Made by a program: the position numbers and the translations under genes. From Fibrobacterales bacterium (GTDB taxonomy: Bacteria; Fibrobacterota; Fibrobacteria; Fibrobacterales; JAOPTW01): 58,017 nucleotides of DNA. Below are positions 8,870-19,400 of the stretch, piece by piece (the first letter of the stretch is position 1; each line of letters begins with the position of its first letter). The stretch covers positions 1 to 58,017 of the forward strand of contig JAOPTX010000058.1 in the NCBI GenBank assembly GCA_051532055.1. The letters run 5' to 3'. Under the pieces are notes generated by a model, which had not been told where the DNA came from, did no database searches, and saw only the letters and a program-made list of their open reading frames with translations.

Positions 8870-9742
8870 TTGATGGATTCACAAAAGCCAGATGATTTGG
8901 ATGTATTTGATTATCTCGATCCATATCTTTTTTTAACTGATTATTTAGAAAATGAACAGAAAAGAGATTCTTCTTTTAGTCTTCGTTTTTTTGCATTTTG
9001 TGTCGAAATAGATGCGAGCCTTTTTGTGAAGATTTTAAAGGGTGATCGTCATTTGTCCAAAGTGGGAGTAGAGGCAGTAATTGCTTTTTTTCAATTAGAT
9101 GTAAAATGGATACTTTTTGATACCGTCAGGGCTGAATATTTTAGAGAGCTTGTTTTTTATATTAAAAGTAAAAGAGATACTGATATTCAAAAGCATTTTG
9201 AGAGATTAATGAAAATGCGGCCTTTGAACTCAAGTCAATTGCAGTCTGATCAATATAAATATTTTCAATATTGGTATATTCCTGCTATTCGATCGGCATT
9301 AGATTTTGTGCACTATTCCGATAAAAATGACGCTGAGAAGTTTTCACAATGTTTCTTATCCCCCGTGAGTATAGAAGATGTTATTGATGGCATTGATGTG
9401 CTTGAACGTTTAAAACTTATAACAAGGGACTCTCAAAATAATTTTCGTTCTTCAGAATCTCATATAGGTACAGGTGATAAGTGGCAAAGTAGTGCTATAC
9501 GATTATATCAAAAGAAAACCATTTTATTAAGTAGTGAGAGTATAGACACCGTTCCAAACGAATCTAGAGATATATCAACAGTTACTCTATCACTCAATGA
9601 GGCTCATATAAAAGGGATTAAGGCTATTCTTGCTGATGCACGAAAATCAGTCATACAAAATGTTAATGAGATAAAGTCTGAAGAATGCACAAATGTATAC
9701 CAGTTAAATATGCAGTTCTTTCCAATAGTTAAGGTGAAATAA
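8870..9742 (+). CDS. TIGR02147 family protein (N-terminal HTH, C-terminal DUF4423-like)
   Basis: VFDYLD..FL.DY, FSLRFFA, ILKGDRHLS, YF..WY.PAIR, RDISTVTLS, VYQLNMQFFP. Confidence 0.9.
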   Translation: MMDSQKPDDLDVFDYLDPYLFLTDYLENEQKRDSSFSLRFFAFCVEIDASLFVKILKGDRHLSKVGVEAVIAFFQLDVKWILFDTVRAEYFRELVFYIKSKRDTDIQKHFERLMKMRPLNSSQLQSDQYKYFQYWYIPAIRSALDFVHYSDKNDAEKFSQCFLSPVSIEDVIDGIDVLERLKLITRDSQNNFRSSESHIGTGDKWQSSAIRLYQKKTILLSSESIDTVPNESRDISTVTLSLNEAHIKGIKAILADARKSVIQNVNEIKSEECTNVYQLNMQFFPIVKVK

Positions 9743-9745
9743 TAC

Positions 9746-10981
9746 ATGAAAGATGGAGTAATAATTATATCAATCCTTTTTACGCTTTTAACAGGGTGCT
9801 CTTTGGGTGATCAAGCGGGTACCACTACAGAAACGACAAATGGAATAACTATTAGCGTTGTTGATAGTAATAACGAGCCTGTACCATTTTTAAAAATTGC
9901 TGCGTACACAATCGATCCACTTATTAAAACTATTGCAGATAGTATTGATTATAAAGGGGAGTATACTCTTTCTGATTCTTTAGATATAGATATTCTCGAA
10001 GTATATTCCATTGACTCTACTTTTATGCTTTGGTTTTTAATGCCTGACTCCAAAGAGGTTAAGCTTATTGTAGAGGAATCAGGTTCTTTAATAATACATC
10101 CTGAATTGTATGATTCAACACAGGAATATAATGATGTTTTATTAGAGGGAACTGGTTATACAGCTTCGATGGAGAACGGGAGTTATACCTTTTATCATTT
10201 GCCGCCAGGTAACTATACTGTTTTAGTAGATAGTCTGACTTTAGGTGCAGTAAATATTAAATCAAAAATGCGTATTGATACAAATATAACTTTTCCAATT
10301 GCAACCGAGTTATCCAGTTCCACTGCTATCTCGAGTTCCACAGGTATCTCCAGTTCATCTTGGATGTCTTCGGAAATCAATGATCAAATGATTTCGAGTA
10401 GTTCTCTAGTAACTTTTGCGATTGAATTCGAAAATTTTGAGAATAATGATAATAAACACCTTTGGGCTGATAGTACAAAAAGTACAGGTTGGTACGTCAA
10501 TAAGGATGAAGGAAGTGAGTGGATCAAACCGTCAAATATCGAGACTGTGCACGATGCTGTTGTATTTGATGAGAGTATTAATTCACAAGTTCTCCATATG
10601 GTTTATACTTTGGGAGATTTAGAGACAGTTTTGTTGGGGACGCATTTAGGGGCTGTCGGTACCTCTTTTGATTTAAGCGCAGTTAAGAACATCCACCTAA
10701 AGGTTAAAGGTGATGGTGCTTTTGATGTCGCTGTTGAAAAATTACAAAGTGTCGATGGTGAAACTCAATATGAAATTGCTGAATGGAATGTTAGTGCCTC
10801 ACCAGAGTGGCAAACTGTAGTAATAAACACTGATGATGCTAAAGTAGACCGTCTCAATAATCGGTATCCTTTTGCTGAAATATCAGATTCTATTTCTCTC
10901 TTTTCAATTTTTATCCGATCAGGAACTGAACTGTGGATCGATGATATCGTTTTTGAGAGTTTAACGGGGGAGCTTTTTTAG
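9746..10981 (+). CDS. Lipoprotein with Ig/carboxypeptidase-regulatory-like domains, Ser linker and C-terminal CBM11/CIA30-like domain
   Basis: Lipobox LLTGC; GSYTFYHLPPGNY; FENFEN..GWY, FDLSAVKNIHLKVKGDG, WQTVVI, LWIDDIVF. Confidence 0.7.
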   Translation: MKDGVIIISILFTLLTGCSLGDQAGTTTETTNGITISVVDSNNEPVPFLKIAAYTIDPLIKTIADSIDYKGEYTLSDSLDIDILEVYSIDSTFMLWFLMPDSKEVKLIVEESGSLIIHPELYDSTQEYNDVLLEGTGYTASMENGSYTFYHLPPGNYTVLVDSLTLGAVNIKSKMRIDTNITFPIATELSSSTAISSSTGISSSSWMSSEINDQMISSSSLVTFAIEFENFENNDNKHLWADSTKSTGWYVNKDEGSEWIKPSNIETVHDAVVFDESINSQVLHMVYTLGDLETVLLGTHLGAVGTSFDLSAVKNIHLKVKGDGAFDVAVEKLQSVDGETQYEIAEWNVSASPEWQTVVINTDDAKVDRLNNRYPFAEISDSISLFSIFIRSGTELWIDDIVFESLTGELF

Positions 10982-11475
10982 GAGCTCTTCATGTCGCCCC
11001 CTTTGTCTCAGGTTAAAATGTCCGCTTCGTATTACAAAGACCAAAATCTCTCCTAGGACGTTGCAGGCTAAATGCAAATCCATGAGAGTATCCTCTACGT
11101 AGTCCTCAACAAACTCGGAAAGACTGATCTACAAACCAGTAGAGGTTCAAAGAAAGCTCCCTCAAGCAGGACTAACAACCAGTACACTGTTTATCTGAAG
11201 CAACGCCGATATCTCATAGACACCGAGATACGAGTTAATACCATAACGTACATAGGGACAATGATTCAATTCAAATAGTGTATACCTCTGTATCTATCAC
11301 TGATAGGACTCTGTATGTCAGCAGGGTATTCAGTGTAACCGTTTACACAAAATAGTATAAAATCATTTGCTACCATGTCTGTAGAAGGTGCCCGGTTACA
11401 AATAGCTGAGTTATTCACAGGTGTGCTTGACCTGGCGGGGACAGTTATACATGATATATGCATGCATTTAGTTTG

Positions 11476-11492
11476 GTTCACAGGTTGTGAAC
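11476..11492. promoter_or_regulatory. Palindrome GTTCACA-GGT-TGTGAAC, candidate operator
   Basis: Perfect 7-3-7 inverted repeat about 85 bp upstream of 11578. Confidence 0.3.
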
Positions 11493-11577
11493 AATAATAG
11501 TGCCAGTTTTAGCGTATATAATTAAAACAAATTTGAAGATTATAAATTTGAAATCTACTTTAACTTAAGGAATATTT

Positions 11578-12744
11578 ATGAAAAAATTATTATTAATGTC
11601 TTCTATGTTTATAGCTTTATTTGGTTGTGCAGAGCAGCCCATTTCACAAAACATTGTAGATGAGTCTGTTTCACAAAATACTAATGAACCCAACTATGAA
11701 GGAATGGAGGCTATTAAAGCTCAATTAGAAGGTGACTCACTATTACCGTATTTTGAATTTGATAAACAAGGAAATAAATTGGAAGTTGATTTTACTGACG
11801 GAAAATTGTTAGCAAAGAAATCTAATTCGAGAACAATTCTTATTTTGGATTCAATTCAGGAATTTGATGAGCTTGAAAAAAAAATAGCATTACGTCTTCA
11901 AAATGATAGTAAATTTAAAAAAAGTATAATGAGGCCATTAGATTACGTTTGTCGTATTTCTCTGTTAGCACTTAACGAGCAGTATGAGTCAATTCAATTG
12001 AGGTCAGGCGAAAAACTGTTGTCAGACAAATTAATGTTTGAAAGTTGTGAATATATAGGCTTTGTTTGTGAAGGCGAATGTGATGAGTCTTCGGAAGAGG
12101 ATCCGTACTTGAAACAATCTACTAATGTTGCTTTAAAAACAGCTGAAACATATGCTTCAAATATAACAGTTGAAATTTATCCATATCGTATGATCGCTTC
12201 TTCATTCCGCGGTGGTATATCTTGGATTTATTCATCAGCAGGGTCTGAGACTTACTTTAAGAAAAGACAACGAGTTTGGAGAGGCTGGAACGGAATGGTA
12301 TGGAGATGGGCTGATTTTGACCCTGATAGAAATGGCGTTAGAGCAAATTGTTTTAGTGAATGCTCGCTAGAGAAGCATGTCGATCAATATTCATGGGGAG
12401 AGCGTCATCCAATTCAATGTAGTCATGATATGGCTACAGACTTAGATACTTTTTGGGATACTGAAGATATAACAGTACGTTGTAGCCTGCGGTTTTTTAC
12501 AAATAGCATTCAAGGGTCATGGGGGACAGATCCAAAAAGTGCAGATCATAAGCCTCTGCTTCCAATTCCAGAAGGAACCCCAACACCTGGTCAATTTGAA
12601 GTAGTAACACTTTTTGGCGGGGGAGTTATTGGAAGTCATTACGTGAGACATGGTGGTAACTATTTTTATGCAAAAACAAGTACCGGTTTTAGTCCGGAAA
12701 TTTTAGAGGCAGTAAAAGCAGATTACGGTATTTCATACAGATAA
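11578..12744 (+). CDS. Cys-rich hypothetical lipoprotein, loosely DUF4848-like
   Basis: Lipobox LFGC; TAAGGA RBS; ILILDSIQEF...LLALNEQYE.IQL and SAGSETYFKKRQRVWRGW segments. Confidence 0.6.
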   Translation: MKKLLLMSSMFIALFGCAEQPISQNIVDESVSQNTNEPNYEGMEAIKAQLEGDSLLPYFEFDKQGNKLEVDFTDGKLLAKKSNSRTILILDSIQEFDELEKKIALRLQNDSKFKKSIMRPLDYVCRISLLALNEQYESIQLRSGEKLLSDKLMFESCEYIGFVCEGECDESSEEDPYLKQSTNVALKTAETYASNITVEIYPYRMIASSFRGGISWIYSSAGSETYFKKRQRVWRGWNGMVWRWADFDPDRNGVRANCFSECSLEKHVDQYSWGERHPIQCSHDMATDLDTFWDTEDITVRCSLRFFTNSIQGSWGTDPKSADHKPLLPIPEGTPTPGQFEVVTLFGGGVIGSHYVRHGGNYFYAKTSTGFSPEILEAVKADYGISYR

Positions 12745-12747
12745 AAG

Positions 12748-13245
12748 GTGGAAAGGGTGAATAAGTTATATTTTATTTTAATTCTAGTATTTTCAAATGT
12801 CCATGCTTCTGATTTTTCAATAAATCTAGGTACAAGTTCCCCGAGTAAAGGTATGATAGGGTTCGAATACTATTTTTTGAATAAAACCCTATCAAGTAGC
12901 CTATACTTCGGTTCATATGAAAATGAATATGGTAGTCTTGGGGTAAGTGTTACATATCATCCTTTTGTTTTTAATGGCCCCTATGCTTTTCATTCATGGC
13001 AATGGGTGGCTGGTCACGGAACAGTCAATGGAATTGATTTATCTCATAATAATTATTGGCGAATTATTTACGGGGTAGGTTATCAATATGCATTCTTTTC
13101 TCATTTTGGGGTCTATGCCGAGGTAGGTATTGATTCCTATGTGGGGAAAGAAGGTTACTTTCTTGGATTCGATAAGGATACAGGGGAGTTGAATAATAAT
13201 TTCTATTTGTTTCCTATTGGACTAGGGATTATGTTTCCTTTTTAA
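12748..13245 (+). CDS. Small outer-membrane beta-barrel protein
   Basis: Signal peptide (VHA); amphipathic strands (GVGYQYAF, GVYAEVGI); C-terminal GLGIMFPF BAM-type signal. Confidence 0.7.
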   Translation: MERVNKLYFILILVFSNVHASDFSINLGTSSPSKGMIGFEYYFLNKTLSSSLYFGSYENEYGSLGVSVTYHPFVFNGPYAFHSWQWVAGHGTVNGIDLSHNNYWRIIYGVGYQYAFFSHFGVYAEVGIDSYVGKEGYFLGFDKDTGELNNNFYLFPIGLGIMFPF

Positions 13246-13252
13246 ATTAAAA

Positions 13253-13297
13253 TTATACCCCTACTTTTAAATTAAAATTTTAGTAGTAGGGGTATAA
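13253..13297. terminator. Stem-loop after the beta-barrel gene
   Basis: 13-bp perfect inverted repeat TTATACCCCTACT/AGTAGGGGTATAA with a 19-nt loop; no strong U tract. Confidence 0.45.
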
Positions 13298-13626
13298 GCC
13301 TCCCTATAACCGAATGTTGGTAGACGTAAAAGCATCTGTAGTCATCGTGAACTAGGGCTGTAGTCTCCAATCATTACAAGGCTATGAGAGAGTTACAATG
13401 AGTAGTCGCAATTTGTATCCTCAAGTTGATGCATTTACATACCGGTCGAATTCAGTTCGATTAAAATACTACACAATCAATATTGAACAATTGTACACTA
13501 TGCGCTCGATGTAATCCTGTACTTATGATCTTAAGTACTTTTGATTGTCTATCTAAATTTATTCTGTATTTTTAGGTCTGTATATGGAAGACTCATTCAA
13601 GTTTTAAGTCGCCAAATATATTTGTG

Positions 13627-13688
13627 CGAGTGGTACTGTTGTCAGTATGAGCCCTTTGTTCACAGACTGACAACAGTAATATCACTTG
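13627..13688. other. Long bulged intergenic hairpin
   Basis: Perfect 13-bp core TACTGTTGTCAGT/ACTGACAACAGTA plus outer and inner stems. Confidence 0.55.
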
Positions 13689-13869
13689 TTTAATTGATTC
13701 AATTCACTTTTAAAATATATAGCCTTATATTTGTTTTTGCCAAATTACTGGTAGTGAGATTTAAACAGAAGTGTGATGAGCTTACGTTATTACTTTTCAA
13801 GTTCACTTACATTTTAATTTATGAGATTTGAACAACTTAAACAATTATACTTTTTAGGAGATTAAATAA

Positions 13870-14856
13870 ATGCTATTAAAAATAAAACTTTTAACGATGG
13901 TATCCCTGTCCCTGTTTTATATGGGGTGTGACTCTAGCACTGTTGCTGGGGCGACTGATAAAGGAATTGAAGATGGCTCTATTGCCTTATTCCATACATC
14001 TGAGGATGTAAGTGATATTGATGTGAATGTTCCTTCGGAAAATAGAAATGATGGTGCAATAGCCAAGAAAGTAATTCAGCGTAGTTTGCCTAGGGGTGAT
14101 CAAGAATATTATTGGGATCAAGTCGAACCATTATTTTGGAATTGGAAGAATAGAGATGTTCGTCAAGCGTATGATAAGCCCGAATTCTCTTATGACCCTA
14201 TCGATAACCATCTTGGGGTTGCTATACAAACATGGACTTCAAATAGTTCCGGAGCTGGAACTACGACCCATCCTTTACTTGGTGTAATATTTAACGTTGA
14301 ATACCATCCAAGTGCTTGTACAAGAAAATATTGGTGGGGGTCATTACTTTGTGGATTAAATGAAGTAAAGCACACGGCTGAATGGACGGTACTTTTTAAT
14401 CTCAATGATCCAGTAGATAACGATTTACGCGTGGGCAAATACGATTTGTTTTATTACGACATATCTTTTCAGAAACAATTGGATTTTTTAAAACAAGCAG
14501 ATATGGACTTAGGTCAGGTAAATACTTCCAGTATAACCCCCTATTGGGCAAATAAAAATGATTACCCATTTAGAATTAAAATTAAGAGAATGGTTTTGGC
14601 TGCTCAGCAAGGTACTGAATCATTTGCAGCAAATGATCCATGGCTTGTTGAAAAGATTAAAATCAATATTTTTGGACAGGATGACGAAAACTTATATCTT
14701 GAACAAGATGTAAATAAATGGGTAGAAAAAGGAAAGAATGTTGAATGGACGATTACATCTTGGGCCGAGCAAAATTTAGATGCAAAATTTAGAATAAGTG
14801 GTTCTCCAAGTGAAAGCTCTTATTATTGGAATAAAAAGCCTGATTTTGATGAATAA
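13870..14856 (+). CDS. Lipoprotein with PLAT/LH2-like domain
   Basis: Lipobox YMGC; TSNSSGAGT, LNDPVDNDLRVGKYDLF and DPWLVEKIKI..DVNKWV follow PLAT motif order. Confidence 0.6.
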   Translation: MLLKIKLLTMVSLSLFYMGCDSSTVAGATDKGIEDGSIALFHTSEDVSDIDVNVPSENRNDGAIAKKVIQRSLPRGDQEYYWDQVEPLFWNWKNRDVRQAYDKPEFSYDPIDNHLGVAIQTWTSNSSGAGTTTHPLLGVIFNVEYHPSACTRKYWWGSLLCGLNEVKHTAEWTVLFNLNDPVDNDLRVGKYDLFYYDISFQKQLDFLKQADMDLGQVNTSSITPYWANKNDYPFRIKIKRMVLAAQQGTESFAANDPWLVEKIKINIFGQDDENLYLEQDVNKWVEKGKNVEWTITSWAEQNLDAKFRISGSPSESSYYWNKKPDFDE

Positions 14857-14888
14857 AAAGTTGTAATCATTATATGTAATCACTATAT

Positions 14889-14923
14889 ATAAAGCCGTAT
14901 TGTATAAATACGGCTTTATTTTT
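14889..14923. terminator. Intrinsic terminator between convergent genes
   Basis: 13-bp stem ATAAAGCCGTATT/AATACGGCTTTAT followed by a T tract. Confidence 0.8.
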
Positions 14924-14973
14924 GTCCCGCTATAGCGGGGGAAGTCCAAGGGCCTGAAATGGGAAACGTAAAA

Positions 14974-16056
14974 TTATTTCTTCTTATACACCCGAACATA
15001 ATCGACTAAAAATCGCATTGGAAATGCTGATGCATCGGGATCGCCCCCCCAGCCACCGATGGCGAGGTTAAGTAAAATAAATTGGGGTCCTGTATAGGGC
15101 CATGCTGAAGCATTATATTGGTCCCCCCCTTGAGGGAGAGCGGTAAAATAATGTTCATGGTCAAAATAAAACTCTATTCTATCTGCATACCACTGTACCG
15201 AATATATATGGAAATCATTCTCTACGGTTGATTCTTCGATTGTTCCTTGTTGCGCAGTCGCACCGCTATAGTTTGGCGCATGCACGGTACCATGAATGAC
15301 TCCTGGGTGAGTGCCAACGTATTCCATAATATCGATTTCGCCACAGCCTGGCCAACCAGCTCCGCTAAAAATATTTGTTCCCAGCATCCAAATAGCAGGC
15401 CATGAGCCACTTCCTGAGGGGATTTGCGCTCGTACATCAACTCGACCATAGGTGAATTCAAAATGCCCATGAGATTTTAGACGGGCCGAGGTATATTGAT
15501 ATGATTGCCACCAGTCTTCGCGACCGACGATATTTAGAAACCCATTATCTTGGTACGAATTTTTTTCTCGCGTAGTGTATTTCTGAAGCTCACTATTGTT
15601 TGCTCCAGGTTCCTGTGTTTCATGAGTCCATTTTGAAGGATCAACAGAACCCGTTCCATTAAATTCGTCGTTCCATTTTAGTTTCCAGCCTTTAATAGTA
15701 GGGTCTGAGTGGTCTTGTGATGAAGATATGTGGTTTGATGATGCGTATGATTTTGAACTTGAATCATCGCTTGAATGAATGGAGGTAGATGAACTAGATT
15801 GAGGGAACTCAATGCTACTGGATTGATTTTCACGAACCGAAGATTGCGATTGGGGGTCCTGTGATGAAGATGACGCACTGGAAGACAGAGGAAATTCAGG
15901 GGGGGCTGATGTGAGACTCGATAGCGCTTGGGAGCTGCTTGATAAAAGTGATGATTGCTCAGAAGAGCTGTCTGACTGTTTTGATGTATTGGTATTAACA
16001 GAATTACAGTTACTCAAGAGAGCTACGAGTATAAAGAGTACAGTATATTGTATCAT
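14974..16056 (-). CDS. GH16 beta-1,3-glucanase (laminarinase-type) lipoprotein
   Basis: Lipobox-like LLSNC; Ser linker; WNDEF, YTSARL, WPAIWML, catalytic GEIDIME, VDYVRVY. Confidence 0.92.
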   Translation of the reverse strand: MIQYTVLFILVALLSNCNSVNTNTSKQSDSSSEQSSLLSSSSQALSSLTSAPPEFPLSSSASSSSQDPQSQSSVRENQSSSIEFPQSSSSTSIHSSDDSSSKSYASSNHISSSQDHSDPTIKGWKLKWNDEFNGTGSVDPSKWTHETQEPGANNSELQKYTTREKNSYQDNGFLNIVGREDWWQSYQYTSARLKSHGHFEFTYGRVDVRAQIPSGSGSWPAIWMLGTNIFSGAGWPGCGEIDIMEYVGTHPGVIHGTVHAPNYSGATAQQGTIEESTVENDFHIYSVQWYADRIEFYFDHEHYFTALPQGGDQYNASAWPYTGPQFILLNLAIGGWGGDPDASAFPMRFLVDYVRVYKKK

Positions 16057-16480
16057 AATTTATTTAACGGTTGGTTGTGTAGCTATAATATAAATTCTTA
16101 AAGTGTTCGCAAGGAGTTCGTGTTTGTAAAAAGAAGTTAGGGTAGAGTACGGAGCCAACAGTATAAAAGTTCCCTTTTTAGTGATAATAAATGATGGTGT
16201 TATTGATTTATATGTTCCCAATATACTCGGGACGCCCTTAAAGTGCTTTTGCTGCTTCTTTATGTGATTTTCGGGCACTATTAGCCTTCAACTATATGGT
16301 GATATTTAATAAATTTGTTTCGGTTTGCTTAGCTTGTATGAGCTAATGATTGAGGGGCAATCGGGTAATAGGGTGATTCAGGGCTATTTACTGCTGAAAT
16401 TACAAATTCTTTATTTTTTACAAACCTACGATTCTCATGGCTTTATGTAACACTGTAATTTTTTTTATTGGGATATAAAT

Positions 16481-19400
16481 ATGTTAAAATTTTCTTTAGT
16501 ACTTCTATTAGTTTTTTTTGTGGGGGGAGCATTTGCAGTTAATGGTGTTCCTGATGGTTTTGGTACCCTTGCAGAGCCTTATCAAATTGCAGATTATGAA
16601 GATTTAAAAGTGGTGAGAAATTTTCCAGATGCCTATTATTTGTTGGTAGCAGATATTAATGCATCGGCTTCGCGTAATGAAGTTAATGGATTTCCCTATG
16701 TCGGAACTTTCACTGGGCATTTTAATGGTGCTGGTCATAGTATTACTGGTTTATATATAAAGAGCTCTTCTTCTGGTAATGTTGGTCTATTCGGTACTGT
16801 TAGTGATGGGATCATTGATAGTTTAGCGGTACATGGTGAAGTTACCGGTTTTCGCAATATAGGATTGATAGCAGGTACGATGGAGAATAATTCTGAGCTA
16901 AAGAACTCTTATGCAAATGGATTAGTAGTTGGTCCAAATAATGCAGGAGGATTAATCGGTTATGTCCATTCAAACTCAAAGGTCTCAAATAGTTATGCAA
17001 GTGTTCGAGTCGAATCCAAATACTCTGATGCGGCTGGATTAATTGGAGAACTTGCATCATCTTCTATCGTGGAAAACTGTTATAGTTCAGGTCGTGTACT
17101 TAAAGGGGGTGGCTTAATAGCAAAAAGATATACAAGTACAAGTGTATTGAATAGTTATTGGAACTTAGATCTCGCTGGACAAACTAAATCTGTCGGTGGA
17201 ACAGGTTTGAGAAATCAAAAAATGAGGGAATCTACCAGTTTCTCGGGATGGGACTTTAATACCACATGGGAAATAAATGAAGGAAACACATTTCCTGGCT
17301 TAAAAGGACTCAACGATGCTCCTTATGGAATTCCAGATAGTTTTCATTCAATGCCTGGCCCATTAGATCATGCAGCGTTACTATTAAATGATGTGGATCT
17401 AGAAGGCACTGCTGCTGAAGTTCTAAAATTTATTAATCAGACTGAATTGAATACGAGTGGTGATTCTTTATATCTGTATTATATACCAGGAGAGTTATTA
17501 CCTTCCGATGATACACTGTGGGGAGTTGAATCGTATGTAGCTGTACCTAATGATACAATCGAAATAGCAACCTATGAAGATCTAAAAAAAGTAGGTCGCC
17601 ATTGGAACTATCCAATAAATGCTCGGTATAAATTAGTTGCAGATATAGATGCAACAGTATCCAAAACTGAAAATGGTGATTTAGGTTTTGAACCAATTGG
17701 TACGATAGAAGAACCATTTACTGGAGAAATGAATGGTGCTGGGTTTGTGATATCTGGGTTGTATATTAATAGAACAACAAGGTACGTTGGATTGTTTGGT
17801 AATATTGAAAATGCAACCATTCAAAATCTAGGTGTTATTGGAAATGTATCTGGAGAAGCTTATGTTGGCATGCTCGTAGGGCAAGTAGGTGAATCATCCC
17901 TTATCATTCGTACTTTTTCTGGTGGTATTGTTTCAAGAGGTAATGTTCTCGGTGGTTTAGTAGGCGAAAATTTGGGTCGGATACAGAAGAGTTATAGTAC
18001 TGCAACTGTTCAAGGCGGAAATGGCATTGGTGGGCTTGTTGGTTATAATGATAATAGTATATGGAGATGTTATAGCTCCGGATTGGTTTTAGGAGATGGG
18101 CGTGTTGGTGGGTTAACGAGTTATACGAGTCGAGATGGACGTGTTTCAAGTAGTTATTGGAATGTTGAAGTATCTGGCCAAAATACTTCAGATGGAGGAA
18201 CTGGTCTAACGTCATCAGAAATGCTTGATTCGAATTCTTATTATTGGGACTTTGAAAACACCTGGGAAATTATTCAAGGACAAAGTTATCCTGGTATTCA
18301 AATTGTGGATGATGCCCCCTTTGGAATATCAGATTCTCATGATTCAATTCCACAAGATTATAATTTTGATCAGTTTCTAAGTAATGATATTGATGTTGAA
18401 ACTGGAGCTGCTTCAGCAACGGTATCCACGTTTGCAGAATACGCACGTATTAATTCAACAAGAGACTCAGTGTATCTCTACTATTTTATGGGAGTGACCA
18501 CTATAAATACCGATACAATTATAAGTGGGATATCTTACGTAGCCGTACCTAATGATACAATTGGTATCAACAACTATGATGAATTGAAGTTGATTGGAAA
18601 TCATAATGATTATCCTTTGTATGGGAGCTATAAGTTGCTTAATACAATCGACGCATCTCTTTCTCGGGAAGAAAATGGTGGTGCCGGTTTCATGCCTATT
18701 GGGGACGCTACAGAGCCGTTTACAGGGGTTTTAGATGGTGCAGGTCATGAAATATATGGGTTATATGTTCATCGCCCTGACTCATCAAATGTAGGGCTTT
18801 TTGGAGTGATACAATCGGGAAAAATTGAAAACCTTGGAGTTAAGGGGACGTTTACTGGTAGAAGTAGTGTTGCTACAATTGCTGGAAAAATCTCTGATGC
18901 ATCTGTTATATCTAAAAGTTATGGAATTGGTATTATTAAAGGACGGAGCCACATTGGGGGGCTCGTTGGGTATAGTTCTATGGGATCTATCATAACAAGA
19001 AGTTATAGCTCCGGACAAGTATTAGGGTATGAGAATGTAGGGGGTTTGTTGGGTGAAGTGAGTACAGGTTCTGAAATATATAATAGCTATAGTACTGCAG
19101 GTGTGGCTGGGGAGTCTTCGACTGGTGGCTTTGTTGGAGAAACACCGAGTGATCCAGAGTCTTATACCATTATTAATTGCTATAGTGCTGGTATACCATT
19201 AGATAATAACTATAACATTGGTTTGGGGATTAGTCGTTCTGGGGTAATTTATAACGGTAGAGTGATAAGTAGAGCTGACGAGAGTCCAACAATTGTAGGT
19301 AATTATTGGAATGTTAATACACTCGGAATTAGGATTTTATACTATGGTAGCCCTCTAACAAGTGAAGCAATGAAGAGAAGCAGCTCTTTTGATGGATGGG

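Noticed and set aside
11072..11481. Short ORFs 11072-11278 and 11266-11481
   Set aside because: No clear RBS or recognisable motif; may be decayed DNA
13304..13330. Possible attC half-site (CTATAAC CGAATGTTGGTAGACG)
   Set aside because: No complementary GTTRRRY arm and no integron integrase
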